Shown in pieces: positions 1-12,887 of a stretch of DNA of 24,427 nt (the first letter of the stretch is position 1; the number at the start of each line of letters is the position of its first letter). This DNA comes from Kofleriaceae bacterium. Its GTDB lineage: Bacteria; Myxococcota_A; Polyangia; Haliangiales; Haliangiaceae. The stretch spans positions 1-24,427 of the forward strand of contig JBKJLC010000049.1 in assembly GCA_046597055.1 (NCBI GenBank), given 5' to 3'. The position numbers and the translations under genes were made by a program. The notes beneath the pieces were generated by a model, which made no database searches, had not been told where the DNA came from, and saw nothing but the letters and a program-made list of their open reading frames with translations.

Positions 1-201
1 CAGGGCGCCGGCGCCGATCGCGGCGCTGCGCAGATCCGTGATCAGGAAGCCCGGATTCAGCGCGAACAACCGGCGCGCGGCCCGGCCGTCGTCGGTCGAC
101 GCCACCGTCAGCCCGGCTCTGGTGAGGACGAGGTCGAGGGCGGTGCGCACGTCACGATCGAGCTCAACCAGCAGCACGCGGCGATTCGGTTGTTGCGACA
201 T
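1..201 (-). CDS. Response-regulator receiver (CheY-like) domain protein, 5' part only (runs off the window)
   Basis: Manual translation from ATG 201 gives MSQQPNRRVLLVELDRDVRTALDLVLTRAGLTVASTDDGRAARRLFALNPGFLITDLRS. This matches the receiver pattern VLLVE..., xDG and LITDL. It is absent from the ORF track because there is no stop in the window. Confidence 0.75.
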   Translation of the reverse strand, partial: MSQQPNRRVLLVELDRDVRTALDLVLTRAGLTVASTDDGRAARRLFALNPGFLITDLRSAAIGAGAL

Positions 202-308
202 TGTCAGTACGGTAAGGCGGCGCGCGCCCGGATCCTGTCAGCCATGATCACCCGGGAGGTTGTAGGAACCGGACGACGGAAAGGCTCGCAACCCGACCTG
301 TAGGTGCT

Positions 309-328
309 ACCTTTTGCCGGCAAAAGGT
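309..328. promoter_or_regulatory. Perfect 20-bp palindrome ACCTTTTGCCGGCAAAAGGT overlapping the start of the nitrilase-fold gene; putative operator
   Basis: The sequence equals its own reverse complement and is AT-rich for this window. It lies in a divergent promoter region. The operator role is inferred. Confidence 0.55.
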
Positions 329-1643
329 GTCCGGTCTCCGAACGTTCGGCGCCGCCCTCGACCCGGTCCTCGTCGAGCTGCGCGCCCGCCCCGCGATCCA
401 CGTCACCGAGGTGCTCGCGGCGCTCCTGCGGGTCTGTCGCGCTCACGAGGACTTCCTGGTCCGTCACAAGGTGGCTCACGAGCACTTCGCGGCGGTGGCC
501 ACGCTCGAGGCTCGCCTGGCGCGGGTCTGTGCCGACCATGGACGCGAACGCTGGCAGGCCGCGACGCTCGGCGCGCTCGCCACCGAGCTCGAGCTCGCGG
601 CGCAGATCGTCCCGCCGCCGCTGGTCGCGCTGTCGGCGGCGCGCTGGATCGAGCGGCAGCACCGCGCCCACCTGATCCACTATTTTCGCGACCACGACCG
701 CGTCGTGCACGCCGGCGATCCGTGGCCGATCCTCGACTCGCCGGCCGGCTGCTACCCGCGGCCGACCGGCAATCCGCAGAGCCGCGGGCGCGCGGCCGAC
801 CGCGGCGAGTGGTTGACGCTGGTGCCCGAGTACACCGCCGGGCTCGAGATCCGCCTGCGCTGGTGCGGCCCCCACCTGCCGGTGCTGCGCCGCGGCAGCC
901 GGATCGCGGTCGGCGTCCTTGCCAAGGACGTCGGCGACTTCGAGTTCGACCGCCTCAGCCCCGGCGGCGCGCCGCGGTTCTACCGGGTGCGCCCCCGGGT
1001 CCCCGCCTACTGGGCCCGCATCGAGGCCGTGCTGGCCCACGCCCACGCCGCCGGGGCCGAGGTCCTGGTCCTCCCCGAGCTGGCGCTGACCGAGGAGCTG
1101 CACGCCCGCCTGCTCGCGCACCCGCTCACCGCCGAGATCCCGCTGCTGGTCGCCGGCAGCCGCCACGTCGCGCGCGACGGCGACGAGCCCGGCCGCAACG
1201 TCACGACCGTGATCGCCCGCGGCCGCGTGCTGGCCGAGCACGCCAAGCTGTCGGACTTCTTCTTCCGCGACAGCGGCGTGGATCGGTTCGAACACATTCA
1301 CCCCGGAGGGGTGATGACTGTGCTGGTCTCCGACCGTGCCAGCGCGCTGGTCCTCATCTGCAAGGACGTGCTGCGTGCCGACTGGCAGCACCTCACGGCC
1401 CAGCTGGCCCCGCGCCTGCTGCTGGTTCCGTCGATGACGTACGAATACAGCGATTTCAATGCGTTCGCCGAGCGCATGGCCCGCGACCCGCAGGCCCACA
1501 CCTTCGTGGCCAACGTGGGGCCAGCGCCCGCGATCGTTGGTCGTCCATGCCGGCAAGACCCGGTGATCGTGATGGATTCCGATGTGGGCCGCTGCGTCAT
1601 CTACGAGATCGGCGAGGCTGTGGTAAACGAGATCAGTTCCTGA
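327..1643 (+). CDS. Carbon-nitrogen hydrolase (nitrilase-fold) domain protein with an unknown ~190-aa N-terminal region
   Basis: Glu-Lys-Cys triad motifs AEVLVLPEL, HAKL and LICKD, plus GS, RN and LLVPS/VAN elements, in canonical order. Start codon (GTG) uncertain. Confidence 0.75.
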   Translation: MSGLRTFGAALDPVLVELRARPAIHVTEVLAALLRVCRAHEDFLVRHKVAHEHFAAVATLEARLARVCADHGRERWQAATLGALATELELAAQIVPPPLVALSAARWIERQHRAHLIHYFRDHDRVVHAGDPWPILDSPAGCYPRPTGNPQSRGRAADRGEWLTLVPEYTAGLEIRLRWCGPHLPVLRRGSRIAVGVLAKDVGDFEFDRLSPGGAPRFYRVRPRVPAYWARIEAVLAHAHAAGAEVLVLPELALTEELHARLLAHPLTAEIPLLVAGSRHVARDGDEPGRNVTTVIARGRVLAEHAKLSDFFFRDSGVDRFEHIHPGGVMTVLVSDRASALVLICKDVLRADWQHLTAQLAPRLLLVPSMTYEYSDFNAFAERMARDPQAHTFVANVGPAPAIVGRPCRQDPVIVMDSDVGRCVIYEIGEAVVNEISS

Positions 1644-1665
1644 TGGCAACCATCGTCGAATTAGC

Positions 1666-1698
1666 ACGTTGACGGTAACGTAAATTACCTGTCAGACT
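1666..1698 (+). promoter_or_regulatory. Putative sigma-70-type promoter (-35 TTGACG 1669-1674, -10-like CAGACT 1693-1698) overlapped by inverted repeats
   Basis: AT-rich island containing ACGTT-N6-AACGT (1666-1681) and TGACGGTAA-N6-TTACCTGTCA (1670-1694, one bulge), upstream of the HTH gene. Confidence 0.45.
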
Positions 1699-1771
1699 GC
1701 AATCGACCCGAACACCTCGACTGGTTCCCCAGCTGGCCCGACAGCCAGCAGCCGTACGAAAGGGGGCTCCC

Positions 1772-2962
1772 ATGGAGCGCGCCGCACTGATGCAGACCGG
1801 AACCCGCGAGGCCGACGTGGCGGCGGGAGAGCCGTCTCGGGACGACCGCTCGGATCTGATCAGCCTGCTGACGTCGACCGACCCGGCCGACCTGGCCGAG
1901 GCGTCGCGGGCGCTGGGCCGCGACCTCGCCAACCATCGGCACCAGGCGGTGGACCAGGTCCGCCGCCACCTCGACGGCATGCTGCACGGTGACGCGGCGC
2001 CGTTCGTGCGCGGGGTCGCGCTGGCGCTCGAGCACGTCGCCAGCGCGTTCGCGGTCGCCGAGACCGAGGTGGCCGAGCTGGCGCCGCTGGTGCGCTCGGT
2101 GCAGCTGCGCGCGGGCTGGAAGAAGGTGCTGCTCGCGCTCGCGGATGGCGCGCTGCGTCCGTCCGAGCTGGCCGCGCGCACCGCGGTCTCGCGCGGCCGG
2201 GTCAGCCACGTGCTGGCCGGGCTCGAGCGGGTCAGTCTGGTCGAGCGGTCGCGGGTCGACGGCGATGGCCGCGAGCGGATGTGTCGGCTGTCGCCGCTCG
2301 GCCACCGGGTGCTGACCGACGTCGACCGCGGGCCGTCGCCGGTCGCGGTCGACCTCGACGCCGCGGTGGTCGCGACCACCTACATGCTGGCCAAGCTGTG
2401 CGCGCGCGGCCGGGCCTCGCGCAGCGCGCTCGAGGACGCGCTCGCCGAGCACCTCGAGCGCGGCGCGGTCCCCCAGATCGCCGACACCATCCTGCGCGCG
2501 GCCCGCAACGCCGGGCTGGCGGTGGTCTCGGCCGACTTCGCGGTCACCCTCGCCGAGGTCCACCTGCAGGACATCCTCAACGACGCGCTCGAGCACGCGT
2601 TCGACGACGACGGCCCGCTGATCCCGGTGATCGACCTGGCGCGCGCGCAGGCCCCGGCCGGCGGGCTGGTGGTGGTGCGCTCGGAGCTGCGCCGCCAGCG
2701 CTGGGACCTCGTCATCGCCAAGCGACGGCTCGACGATCTGCGCCTGGTCGCGTCGGCCGACTGGCTGACCGGCGAGGTCGACCGGATCGTCGACCGCGAC
2801 CGGCCCTACGTCATTGTCTACGACAGCCCGCCCCTGGTGCGGTCCGAGCGCGCTGGCGACTCGCCCGCGCGCCAGCTGCTCGGCGATGCCACCGGGGTGT
2901 TCTGCTACGCGGTGACCGGCACCACCTTGCCCGAGGGCGTTACCCCGCTGGAGCTGGCGTGA
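1772..2962 (+). CDS. Winged helix-turn-helix (MarR/ArsR-like) multidomain protein
   Basis: Central wHTH LADGALRPSELAARTAVSRGRVSHVLAGLERVSLVERSRVDGDGRERMCRLSPLG. Purine-rich RBS-like AAGGGGG upstream of the ATG. N- and C-terminal regions not recognised. Confidence 0.75.
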   Translation: MERAALMQTGTREADVAAGEPSRDDRSDLISLLTSTDPADLAEASRALGRDLANHRHQAVDQVRRHLDGMLHGDAAPFVRGVALALEHVASAFAVAETEVAELAPLVRSVQLRAGWKKVLLALADGALRPSELAARTAVSRGRVSHVLAGLERVSLVERSRVDGDGRERMCRLSPLGHRVLTDVDRGPSPVAVDLDAAVVATTYMLAKLCARGRASRSALEDALAEHLERGAVPQIADTILRAARNAGLAVVSADFAVTLAEVHLQDILNDALEHAFDDDGPLIPVIDLARAQAPAGGLVVVRSELRRQRWDLVIAKRRLDDLRLVASADWLTGEVDRIVDRDRPYVIVYDSPPLVRSERAGDSPARQLLGDATGVFCYAVTGTTLPEGVTPLELA

Positions 2963-3639
2963 GGCGCGCGGTGGATCGCCCGACCCGGGCGGCCACCGAC
3001 GCCGAGATCCAGGAGGTGGTGGTGGTGCAGCCGCGGCGCGGCTTGCCCGCGCTGATCGAGCGCGCGCTGGGGACCTCGGGTGCGCTGCTGCGCGGACACT
3101 TCGGGCTACAAGGCGGCAAGCACACCGAATATTTCATCCGCTTCCGCGCGCTCGCCCGCGATCCCGCGGTGCTCGACGAGCTCGCGCGGCACCTGCTGGC
3201 CGGCGCCGACGTCCCCGCCGGCGCGACCGTGCTGGTCCCGGAGTCGGCCGGCTACTTTCTGGGCGAGGCGATCCGCGCCCGCATCGGCGGCACGCTCGCG
3301 GTCGCCCGCACCGACCTGCAGCGGCGGCCGGCGCGCGCGCTGCTCCACGGCGCGCTCGCCGCCGACACGCCGGTGGTGGTGGTCAACGACGTGGTCACCA
3401 CCGGTGCCTCGCTCGAGCCGCTGCTCGACCTGGTCGCCGACCGCGGCGCGGTGGTCAGCGCCGCGCTGGTGTTCGGCGCGCTCGACGGCACCGGCTTCCG
3501 CGCGATGCTGGGCCGCCGCCGCCTGGTCGGCGACCACCTGGTCGAGGCCGGCCCGGCGTGGAGCTACTACCAGCCCGAGGCGTGTCCGGCCTGTCTCGCC
3601 GGCGCGCCCCCGCTGTTCGCGGCCGCCGAGCTGAACTGA
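2959..3639 (+). CDS. Type I phosphoribosyltransferase, divergent orotate PRTase (PyrE)-like
   Basis: GTG 2959 overlaps the upstream stop (GTGA). Motifs: GALLRGHFGLQGGKHTEYF, PRPP-binding VVVVNDVVTTGASL, C-terminal YQPEACPAC. Confidence 0.8.
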   Translation: MRRAVDRPTRAATDAEIQEVVVVQPRRGLPALIERALGTSGALLRGHFGLQGGKHTEYFIRFRALARDPAVLDELARHLLAGADVPAGATVLVPESAGYFLGEAIRARIGGTLAVARTDLQRRPARALLHGALAADTPVVVVNDVVTTGASLEPLLDLVADRGAVVSAALVFGALDGTGFRAMLGRRRLVGDHLVEAGPAWSYYQPEACPACLAGAPPLFAAAELN

Positions 3640-3659
3640 GCGCCCGGGCTCACCGCGCG

Positions 3660-4346
3660 TCAGCACGTCGAGCAGGTGGCCGGCTGCGAGCTGCAGCCCG
3701 GGCCCCGTACGCACGCGGCCGCCGGGCATTCCGCCCCCCCGAGGCAGGAGCCCACGCCGGTGCAGGTGACGTCGCAGGCGCACGTGTCCTTGCACTTCAC
3801 CTCGTTCCGGCACGCGTCGGCGCCCGAACATTCGACGTCGCACGGGCCGCGATCGCAGTGCACCTCGTTCATGCAGCTGCTGGGCCCGCTGCACTCGACC
3901 TCGCACGCCGCCATGCCGTGGCATCGCACGCCGCCGTTGCAGGCGCCGGTCCCGCTGCACGTGACCCGGCACGGGATGTTGCGGGGACACTCGACGGTCG
4001 CCGCACACGCGCCATCGCCACACGCGATCGTGCACACGCCGCCGACGCAGGTGCCCTGGGTGCACAGGAGCTCGCACGCGCTCTGCGAGGCGTCGGTCGC
4101 GGGGGCGTCGACCGGTGGGGTGCCATCGGTGGGCTCGGCGGCATCGGCGAGGCCACCGTCGAGGTAGGCGGCGCACTGGCCCGCGATCGCCTCGGCCGCG
4201 CACCACCCGTCCGCGCCACACACCTGACCCGAGGCGCAGTCTCCGGCCGCGACGCACGTGACCGTGCAGTTGCGTAGGGACGGGTCGTAGCAGGCCGCGG
4301 CCAGGACCATGGTCGCGACGAGGACTGCCAGGCCCGGGATGCGCAC
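3660..4346 (-). CDS. Cysteine-rich lipoprotein with about 5 tandem C-x-V-x-C-x-G-x3-C repeats
   Basis: Signal peptide with lipobox LAAAC, a D/A/P-rich linker, and repeats such as CRVTCSGTGAC, CEVECSGPSSC, CDVECSGADAC, CDVTCTGVGSC. Confidence 0.8.
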   Translation of the reverse strand: MRIPGLAVLVATMVLAAACYDPSLRNCTVTCVAAGDCASGQVCGADGWCAAEAIAGQCAAYLDGGLADAAEPTDGTPPVDAPATDASQSACELLCTQGTCVGGVCTIACGDGACAATVECPRNIPCRVTCSGTGACNGGVRCHGMAACEVECSGPSSCMNEVHCDRGPCDVECSGADACRNEVKCKDTCACDVTCTGVGSCLGGAECPAAACVRGPGCSSQPATCSTC

Positions 4347-4426
4347 CGATCGAAGCTACCGGATCGCGCCAGGTTCGCCCAGTCGGGCGCGGGGGCGTCG
4401 TCGGGCGCACCGGCCCCGACCGGCGC

Positions 4427-4594
4427 TCAGCAGCTGCGACAGCCGGCCGGGACCGAGCTGCAGCCGAGGCCGGTGTCGCAGGCCGCGGCCGGGCACTCGG
4501 TGGCGCCCCGGCACGCGCCCCTGCCGGTGCACTCGACGTCGCATGCGCAGGCGTCGGCGCACCGGTTGGTGTTCGGGCACGCGTTCCTGCCGGT
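4427..4594 (-). pseudogene. 3' remnant (55 codons) of a paralog of the adjacent Cys-rich lipoprotein gene
   Basis: Translates to TGRNACPNTNRCADACACDVECTGRGACRGATECPAAACDTGLGCSSVPAGCRSC*. This is colinear with the neighbour's C-terminus SGADACRNEVKCKDTCACDVTCTGVGSCLGGAECPAAACVRGPGCSSQPATCSTC. It has no start codon of its own. Confidence 0.75.
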
Positions 4595-5995
<1,401 letters not shown>

Positions 5996-6000
5996 GACGC

Positions 6001-6066
6001 AGCCTAGCCCGTGGCGCCCGCCGCGACAGGGGGTCGCGTCGTCCGGGCGTGCGCCCAGGTTAGAGT
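6001..6066. promoter_or_regulatory. Back-to-back -10 boxes for fumC (TAGGCT, - strand) and cydA (TAGAGT, + strand); leaderless-type
   Basis: Each TANNNT lies 5-6 nt before its start codon, with no Shine-Dalgarno. A CGCGAC-N5-GTCGCG palindrome (6022-6038) lies between them. Confidence 0.5.
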
Positions 6067-6072
6067 GCCGGC

Positions 6073-7356
6073 GTGGATGACATCCTGTTCGCACGCTGGC
6101 AGATGGCGATGTCGCTCGGCTTTCACATCGTGTTCGCCGCGGTCGGCGTGGCGATGCCGGTGCTGATGGTGGCGGCCGAGATCGCGTGGCGCCGCAGCGG
6201 CGATCGCATGTGGCTGGCGCTGGCCCGCAAGTGGGCCAAGGGCACCGCGGTCATGTTCGCGGTCGGCGCGGTGTCGGGCACGGTGCTGTCGTTCGAGCTC
6301 GGCCTCCTGTTCCCCGGCTTCATGGAGCAGGCCGGGCCCATCATCGGGTTCCCGTTCTCGCTGGAGGCGTTCGCGTTCTTCACCGAGGCGATCTTCCTCG
6401 GGCTCTACCTGTACGGCTGGGATCGGCTGAAGCCGGCCCTGCACGTGTTCGCCGGCGTGATGGTGGCGGTGTCGGGGCTGGCCTCGGCGGTGTTCGTCAC
6501 CTTCGTCAACGCGTGGATGAACTCGCCGCGCGGCGCCGAGCTGGTCGACGGCAAGATCGTCTCGATCGATCCGCTGGCGGCGATGAAGGCGCCGTTCGCG
6601 CTGCACGAGATCCCGCACACCGCCCTGGCCTGTTACCTCGCGACCAGCCTGGCGGTCGGCGGCATCCACGCCTGGGGCCTCGTCCGGCGACCGGACAGCA
6701 AGTTCCACGCGCGCGCGCTGGTGCTGGCGATCGGCATGACCATCCCGTGCGCGTTCCTGCAGCCGGTGGTCGGGCACTTCGCCGGCCAGCAGGTCGCCGC
6801 GTACCAGCCGCTCAAGTTCGCGGCGATGGAGGGCCTGGCGCGCACCCAGGCCGCGGTCCCGCTCGAGCTGGGGCCGCTCGCGATCCCGGGCGGGTTGTCG
6901 TGGATGGCCACCAACGATCCCGACGCGACCCTGCTCGGCCTCGACGCGTTCCCGCCGGAGGACCACCCGCCGGCGGTCACCCATGTCGCGTTCCAGATCA
7001 TGGTGGTGCTCGGCATGCTGATGGTGCTGTACAGCGGGATCGCGATCCTGCGCCGGCTGCGCGGGCAGCCGCTCACCACCGGGAAGTGGTGGCTGCGCGC
7101 GACCATCGCGCTGGCGCCGACCGGCGTGATCGCGATGGAGGCCGGCTGGATCGTCACCGAGGTCGGCCGCCAGCCGTGGACGGTGTACGGCCTCCTGCGC
7201 ACCCGCGATGCGGCCACGCCGCTCGGCACCATGTGGCTGCCGCTGATCGGGTTCGCCCTCATCTATCTGCTGCTCGCCGCGGTGGTCGTCATCATCTTGC
7301 GCCAGCAGATCCGCGAGACCACCGAGCCGGCTGTCACCGAGGCGGTGGCGCCGTGA
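6073..7356 (+). CDS. cydA: Cytochrome bd ubiquinol oxidase subunit I (short Q-loop type)
   Basis: ARWQMAMSLGFHI, GAVSG, EAFAFFTEAIF, NAWM, QPLKFAAMEG, FQIMV and EVGRQPW motifs. Confidence 0.95.
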   Translation: MDDILFARWQMAMSLGFHIVFAAVGVAMPVLMVAAEIAWRRSGDRMWLALARKWAKGTAVMFAVGAVSGTVLSFELGLLFPGFMEQAGPIIGFPFSLEAFAFFTEAIFLGLYLYGWDRLKPALHVFAGVMVAVSGLASAVFVTFVNAWMNSPRGAELVDGKIVSIDPLAAMKAPFALHEIPHTALACYLATSLAVGGIHAWGLVRRPDSKFHARALVLAIGMTIPCAFLQPVVGHFAGQQVAAYQPLKFAAMEGLARTQAAVPLELGPLAIPGGLSWMATNDPDATLLGLDAFPPEDHPPAVTHVAFQIMVVLGMLMVLYSGIAILRRLRGQPLTTGKWWLRATIALAPTGVIAMEAGWIVTEVGRQPWTVYGLLRTRDAATPLGTMWLPLIGFALIYLLLAAVVVIILRQQIRETTEPAVTEAVAP

Positions 7357-8309
7357 CCCTCGAGCTGCTCACCGCCGGGATCATGCTGATCGGGCTGGCG
7401 ATCTACGCGGTCAGCGGCGGCGCCGACTTCGGCGGCGGCATGTGGGATCTGCTGGCGCGCGGGCCGCGCGCGGCGGCCCAGCGCAAGGCGATCGAGCGCG
7501 CGCTGGCCCCGGTGTGGGAGGCCAACCACGTCTGGCTGATCTTCGTGGTGGTGATCTTGTTCACCGCGTTCCCCCGGGCCTACGCCCGGATCGGCACCGA
7601 GCTGCACATCCCGATCACGATCTTGCTGTTCGGCATCGTCACCCGCGGCTCGGCGTTCGTGTTCCGCCACTACGGCTCGGAGCGGCTGGCCGCGCGCTGG
7701 GGCCGGGTGTTCGCGGTGTCGTCGCTGGTCACGCCGTTCGGGCTGGGGGTGGCGCTCGGCGCCATGACCGCCGGCCCGGCCTGGTGGCGTCCGTTCCCGC
7801 TCGCCGCGGGCGCGCTGGTCGTGTGCGCCTTCGCGTTCCTCGCCGCGGTCTACCTGGTGGTCGAGGCCACCGACGCCGAGCTGCGCGCCGACTTCCGGCG
7901 CCGCGCGGTCGGCGCCGCGGTCGCGCTGGTGATCACGGCGGCGGTCGGGGCCCTGGTCGCGCACACCGACGCGCCCCGGTTCGGCGCCCGCCTGCTCGGG
8001 GCCTGGTGGTCGATCCCGCTGATCACCGCCGCGGTCGGCACGATGGCCGGCACCCTGCTCGCGCTGCGCGCCCGTCGCGATCGGCTGGCCCGGGTCAGCG
8101 CGGTCGCGCTGGTCGTGGTGCTCGTGGTCGGCTGGGGCCTGGCCCAGCACCCGGTGCTGGTCGCGCCCGATCTGACCCTGGCCAGCGCGGCCGCCCCCCA
8201 CGCGACCTTCGTGTACCTGGTGCCGGTGCTCCTGACCGGCGCGGTGGTCATGCTGCCGGCGCTGTGGTGGCTTCTGCGGGTGTTCAAGGCCGAGCGCACC
8301 CAGCGGTGA
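7353..8309 (+). CDS. cydB: Cytochrome bd ubiquinol oxidase subunit II
   Basis: GTGA overlap with cydA. Motifs [23 protein letters not shown] and RGSAFVFR. Multiple transmembrane segments. Confidence 0.93.
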   Translation: MTLELLTAGIMLIGLAIYAVSGGADFGGGMWDLLARGPRAAAQRKAIERALAPVWEANHVWLIFVVVILFTAFPRAYARIGTELHIPITILLFGIVTRGSAFVFRHYGSERLAARWGRVFAVSSLVTPFGLGVALGAMTAGPAWWRPFPLAAGALVVCAFAFLAAVYLVVEATDAELRADFRRRAVGAAVALVITAAVGALVAHTDAPRFGARLLGAWWSIPLITAAVGTMAGTLLALRARRDRLARVSAVALVVVLVVGWGLAQHPVLVAPDLTLASAAAPHATFVYLVPVLLTGAVVMLPALWWLLRVFKAERTQR

Positions 8310-9832
8310 TCAGGGACGCAGCAGCCGGGCCAGCTTGTTGCGGCTGATCCCGAGCGTGCGGGCGGCGGCCGACTGGTTGCCGTCGGCGCGCTCGACCGCG
8401 GCCGCCGCGTACCGGCGGTCGACCTCGTCGAGGCGCAGGTCGTGGGCGAGCACCACGCCGTCGGCGGCCGGCGGCGGCGCCAGCGCGCGATCGAGCCCGA
8501 GCGTGCCGGCGTCGATCTGGGGCCCGCGCGCCAGCACCACCGCGCGCTCGATCGTGTGCTCGAGCTCGCGCACGTTGCCCGGCCACGGATGTCGGGCGAG
8601 CGCGGCCAGCGCGTCGGCGGTGAGCACCGGCGTGGTCTTGACGTGGCGCCGGCCGTACACGCCGGCGAAGTGCTCGGCCAGCCCGACGATGTCATCGCGG
8701 CCGCGCTCGCGCAGCGGCGGCAGCTCGATCGCGACCACGCGCACGCGGAAGTAGAGATCGCTGCGGAAGCTGCCCGCCTTCACCATCGCGGCCAGATCGC
8801 GGTTGGTCGCGACCACCAGGCGCACGTCGCTGGTGCGCAGCTCGCGGCCGCCGACCCGCTCGAACTGGCGCTCCTGCACGAAGCGCAGGAGCTTGCCCTG
8901 CAGCTCGAGCGGGAGCTCGCCGAGCTCGTCGAGGAACAGGGTGCCGCCGGCGGCGGCCTCGACCTTGCCGATCACGCGGGCGTCGGCGCCGGTGAACGCG
9001 CCGCGCTCGTGGCCGAACAGCTCGCTCTCGACCAGGTTGGCCGGCAAGGTCGTGCAGTCGACGTGGACGAACGGCGCGGCCCGCCGCTCGCTGTTGACGT
9101 GGATCGCGCGGGCGAACAGGCCCTTGCCGGTGCCGGTCTCGCCATGGAGCAGCACGGTGGCGTCGGTGGCGGCCGCGCGCAGGATGACCTCGTAGACCTC
9201 CTGCATGATCGGCGACCGACCGATCACGTGGTTGAAGCGGCCGCGGACCGCGACGCCGGGGCGCTCGCGCTCGCCGCGCAACGACGTGTACTCGAGCGCG
9301 CGGCCGATCTGCGCGGCCAGCGCGGCGGCGAACCCGGCGTCGTCCGCGGCCCAGCCGCCCGGCTTGTTGAGCACCTGGATCACGCCGCGGCGGCCGCCAC
9401 CGGCCTCGACCGGCACGCACAGCATCGAGCGGGTGGTGTAGCCGGTGCGGGCGTCGAACTCGCGGACCCAGCGCGGATCGTTGGCGACGTCGGCGATCGC
9501 GACCGCCTCGCCGGTGCGGGCGACGTGGCCGGCGACGCCGCGGCCGAGCGGCAGGCGCAGGTCCTCGGCCGAGACCCGGTCGGCGACCCGGGCCCGGAGC
9601 TCGCCCGAGCTAGCGTCGATCAGCCACAGGCTGGCGCGATCGGCGCCCATCGCCCGCGCGACCCGGTCGGCGAAGCTGGCGAGCAGCTCGTCGAGCTCGA
9701 CCTCGCGCGCGATCATCGCGCCGAGGTCGGCCAGCAGCTCGAAGCGACGCTCTTCCTCGCTCATCGCCCTGGGCGCGGCCAGCATAGCGCGGCCGCCGGG
9801 ACCGTGCGCCGCGGTGATCACGGTCGTGCGCG

Positions 9833-9836
<4 letters not shown>
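8310..9836 (-). CDS. Sigma-54-dependent transcriptional activator (GAF - AAA+ - Fis HTH)
   Basis: N-terminal GAF ([23 protein letters not shown]), [35 protein letters not shown] and [14 protein letters not shown]. The ATG overlaps the upstream stop (ATGA). Confidence 0.93.
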
Positions 9837-10705
<869 letters not shown>

Positions 10706-10731
10706 ACCGGACCCTCCTGCCCGGTCTCTCG

Positions 10732-10748
10732 TGCAGCCGGCGCGCCAG
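10732..10748 (-). promoter_or_regulatory. Sigma-54 -24/-12 promoter for the MBL hydrolase / activator operon
   Basis: Minus strand CTGGCGCGCCGGCTGCA (GG-N10-GC), 26 nt upstream of the ATG. Confidence 0.7.
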
Positions 10749-10964
10749 CTGAATGTGCCCAGTATCCGAGGCGTTGCCGATGGGCGCCGCGACGCCGGCG
10801 CTCGATCCTGGAGCAGGTGCTCCGTGGTGGAGCAGCGAATGGCTGGTGCCGTCCGGTTGTCGGGGATCCGGACGCTGAAATCGGCGCTTGCGGAGACCGG
10901 CCCCCGAATCTCTGAGCCTCGCGCGGGGAGAGCCTACCGGGTCCTTCCGTACTATCTCGACAGA

Positions 10965-12886
<1,922 letters not shown>

Positions 12887-12887
<1 letters not shown>

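Noticed and set aside
327..3639. Retron or DRT assignment for the nitrilase/wHTH/PRTase trio
   Set aside because: There is no reverse transcriptase (no YxDD-containing RT ORF) and no recognisable msr-msd in the window.
4382..4420. GTCGGG...CCCGAC inverted repeat as a terminator
   Set aside because: It is short, GC-only and has no U-tract, so it cannot be distinguished from chance.
8300..8320. Small cydX/cydS subunit after cydB
   Set aside because: The cydB stop (8309) directly abuts the convergent activator stop (8310), leaving no room.
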